This document shows positions 32,849-34,538 of a DNA stretch of 34,538 nt, one piece after another. The first letter of the stretch is position 1. Each line of letters opens with the position of its first letter. The notes under the pieces are model-generated. The model was not told the origin of the DNA. It did not search any database and saw only the letters and a program-made list of their open reading frames with translations. The position numbers and the translations under genes are program-made. The stretch is from Basidioascus undulatus (Eukaryota): assembly GCA_000826855.1 (NCBI GenBank), contig JTLS01000074.1:1-34538 (forward strand), read 5' to 3'.

Positions 32849-34538
32849 ATGCGCTCGAAGCTGGCGGCGTCCTCCCCGCTCACGTCCGCGTCCGAGGACG
32901 AGGCGGAGGCAGACATCTCGTTCGACTCGATGACGCCCGGGAAGGTCACGGCGCACGGTGAAAAGGTCGTCTACGGGCGGGGGAAGACAGTCAAGAACAA
33001 GAATGGGCGGCGTGGAGGGAAGGGAAGGGCGGCGGCGGAGAAGGATGAGGAGGGAGAGAGCGAGGAAGCCGAGGAGGACGAGGAACAGTCGCCGAAGAAA
33101 CGCGGCATGCCTCCAAAGGCGAAGGTGCCGGTGCAGGCGACGCCGAAGGAGGTGACGCCCAAGCGGGGTCGGGGGCGGGCATCGGTCAAGGGCAAGGCCG
33201 CCGCGGACGTCGAGGACGCGGAAGACCCCCCGTCGCGCACGCGCAAGCGACCGCCAACTTCGAATCCTCCCTCCTCCTCCCGCCCCGCCAAAGCCGCCAA
33301 ACCCTCCCCCGCGCCCTCCTCTTCCTCAGCTGCTGCCGCCCTCTCGTCGTCCAAGAAACGCACCCGCACATCCACCGCATCCACCTCCAGGCCGGCCCCC
33401 GCTCGAGAGACGAGCACCCTGCTCGCCGAGCTCCTGGACTCGTCCAAGGCCCGCGAGCCGCCTCCGCGTCGCAGCGTCAAGGCCGAGGAGTGGAAGCTCA
33501 GCAAATTCTCGAACGGCGTGGTCGCATGGGTCCGTCTGGACGCAATGGGGCAGCCTGTGGAGAAGGGAGGAAAGTTCTGGTGGCCTGTTGATGTGCGTTC
33601 CTTCCTTGCTGCGTTTGTGCCGTGCAGGTAGGATTGCTGACGCCTGCAATATGGGGACGGCCAGGTCATCGATAATGGCATAGACGGCGTCGAGGTCTCC
33701 TTCCAGTACGGGAAACCTGATCCGGCACCTTCGTACGCCGATTCTCTGCCCCCCTGTCCCAGATTCCCTCCCACCTCTCACCCTCCCACCTCACTTCAGC
33801 CAATACCAATTCTTCGTCCCCAACCCCTCCCCCGCGAACCTCCAGCCTTTCCGCATCCCACCCACCAACGTCCTGCGCTTCTACTCCCCAATCTCGCCCC
33901 CGTCTCTCCACACCGCCTCCCCCACCTCGGCTCAGCGCACGCAGCCCGAGCCGTTCCACGTGTCTCCGCCCAACGCTCTACACAAGGCGCTGCTGTCCGC
34001 GCTCGAGTGCGCGCAGGAGGACGACGACGACTCGCTGCCTGATGCGGACCCCGAGGCGTGGATCTTCGCGGCCGCGAGTGGGACGGGGCTGGGGGGCGAG
34101 GAGAGCGACGGGGAGGCCAAGTCGCTGGTGCCGACCAGCCCGGATGCGATGGACGAGGATGAGGCGAGCGCCCCGGATCCTTCGTGCGCCGTTCATGACC
34201 TTCTCTTCCGTATGTTATTTCAGCTGCTAATGGGTTACCGTGAGCGCAGGATCGACATGCCCGAGTCCGTCTTCGCCGAATGGCAGCGCTGCTACTGGCC
34301 CGCACGCGTCATCGACTTCCTCCCCGCGGACGCGTCGACCACGCTCAAAAACCGCAAGAAGAAGGACCTCTACCTGGTGCAATTCGAGGACGGGACGGAG
34401 AAGAAGCTCCCGCGCGACAAGTTCTTTACGTCGCTGGAGAAGGAGGGGTTCACCACTTGCCCGGTCCGTCCCCCTCCGCTCTTTCCATTTCCCCCCCCCC
34501 CCCTTTTCCACCTCTCTTCTCCTTCTCCCTCTTCCCCC
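32849..34538 (+). CDS. Chromatin-associated protein with PWWP-like and Tudor-like domains (3' end outside window)
   Basis: Long Lys/Arg/acidic disordered N-terminus with PKRGRGR. VAWVRL...KFWWPVD|VID (33517-33670). Later VFAEWQRCYWPARVIDF...YLVQFEDGTEKKLPRDKFFT (34268-34430). The window ends in an intron (gtccgt at ~34464). Confidence 0.7.

Noticed and set aside
1..34538. Mating-type locus, biosynthetic cluster, CRISPR array or transposon
   Set aside because: No pheromone/receptor/homeodomain genes, no PKS/NRPS/terpene genes, no repeat-spacer array, and no transposase, reverse transcriptase, LTR or TIR recognised.

Overview
GC-rich, intron-dense fungal genomic DNA. Introns are mostly 60-80 nt GT-AG with GTGAGT/GTGCGT/GTACGT/GTCCGT donors and CTRAC/CTGAT-type branch sites, consistent with a basidiomycete, plausibly Pucciniomycotina (inference). 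By manual splicing I recognise, in order: the 3' end of an FSH1/OVCA2-type serine hydrolase, an intron-containing tRNA-Gly(GCC), a HAD-family sugar/glycerol phosphatase, the pH-signalling calpain PalB/Rim13, a Mn-type superoxide dismutase, White collar-2, a CDC50/LEM3 flippase subunit, tRNA-Leu(CAG), an ELL-like Pol II elongation factor, and the 5' part of a PWWP/Tudor-like chromatin protein. The spacers hold several broken copies of one F-box/LRR family. The best candidate for unusual biology is the MnSOD: it has a secretory-type signal peptide, four N-glycosylation sites, a Cys pair and a 5-nt microexon inside the metal-binding DVWEH motif. It lies directly downstream of wc-2, whose upstream region has a light-response-element-like GATCC repeat. 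No mobile element, CRISPR array or rRNA is evident. All homology calls are by motif recognition; no searches were run.
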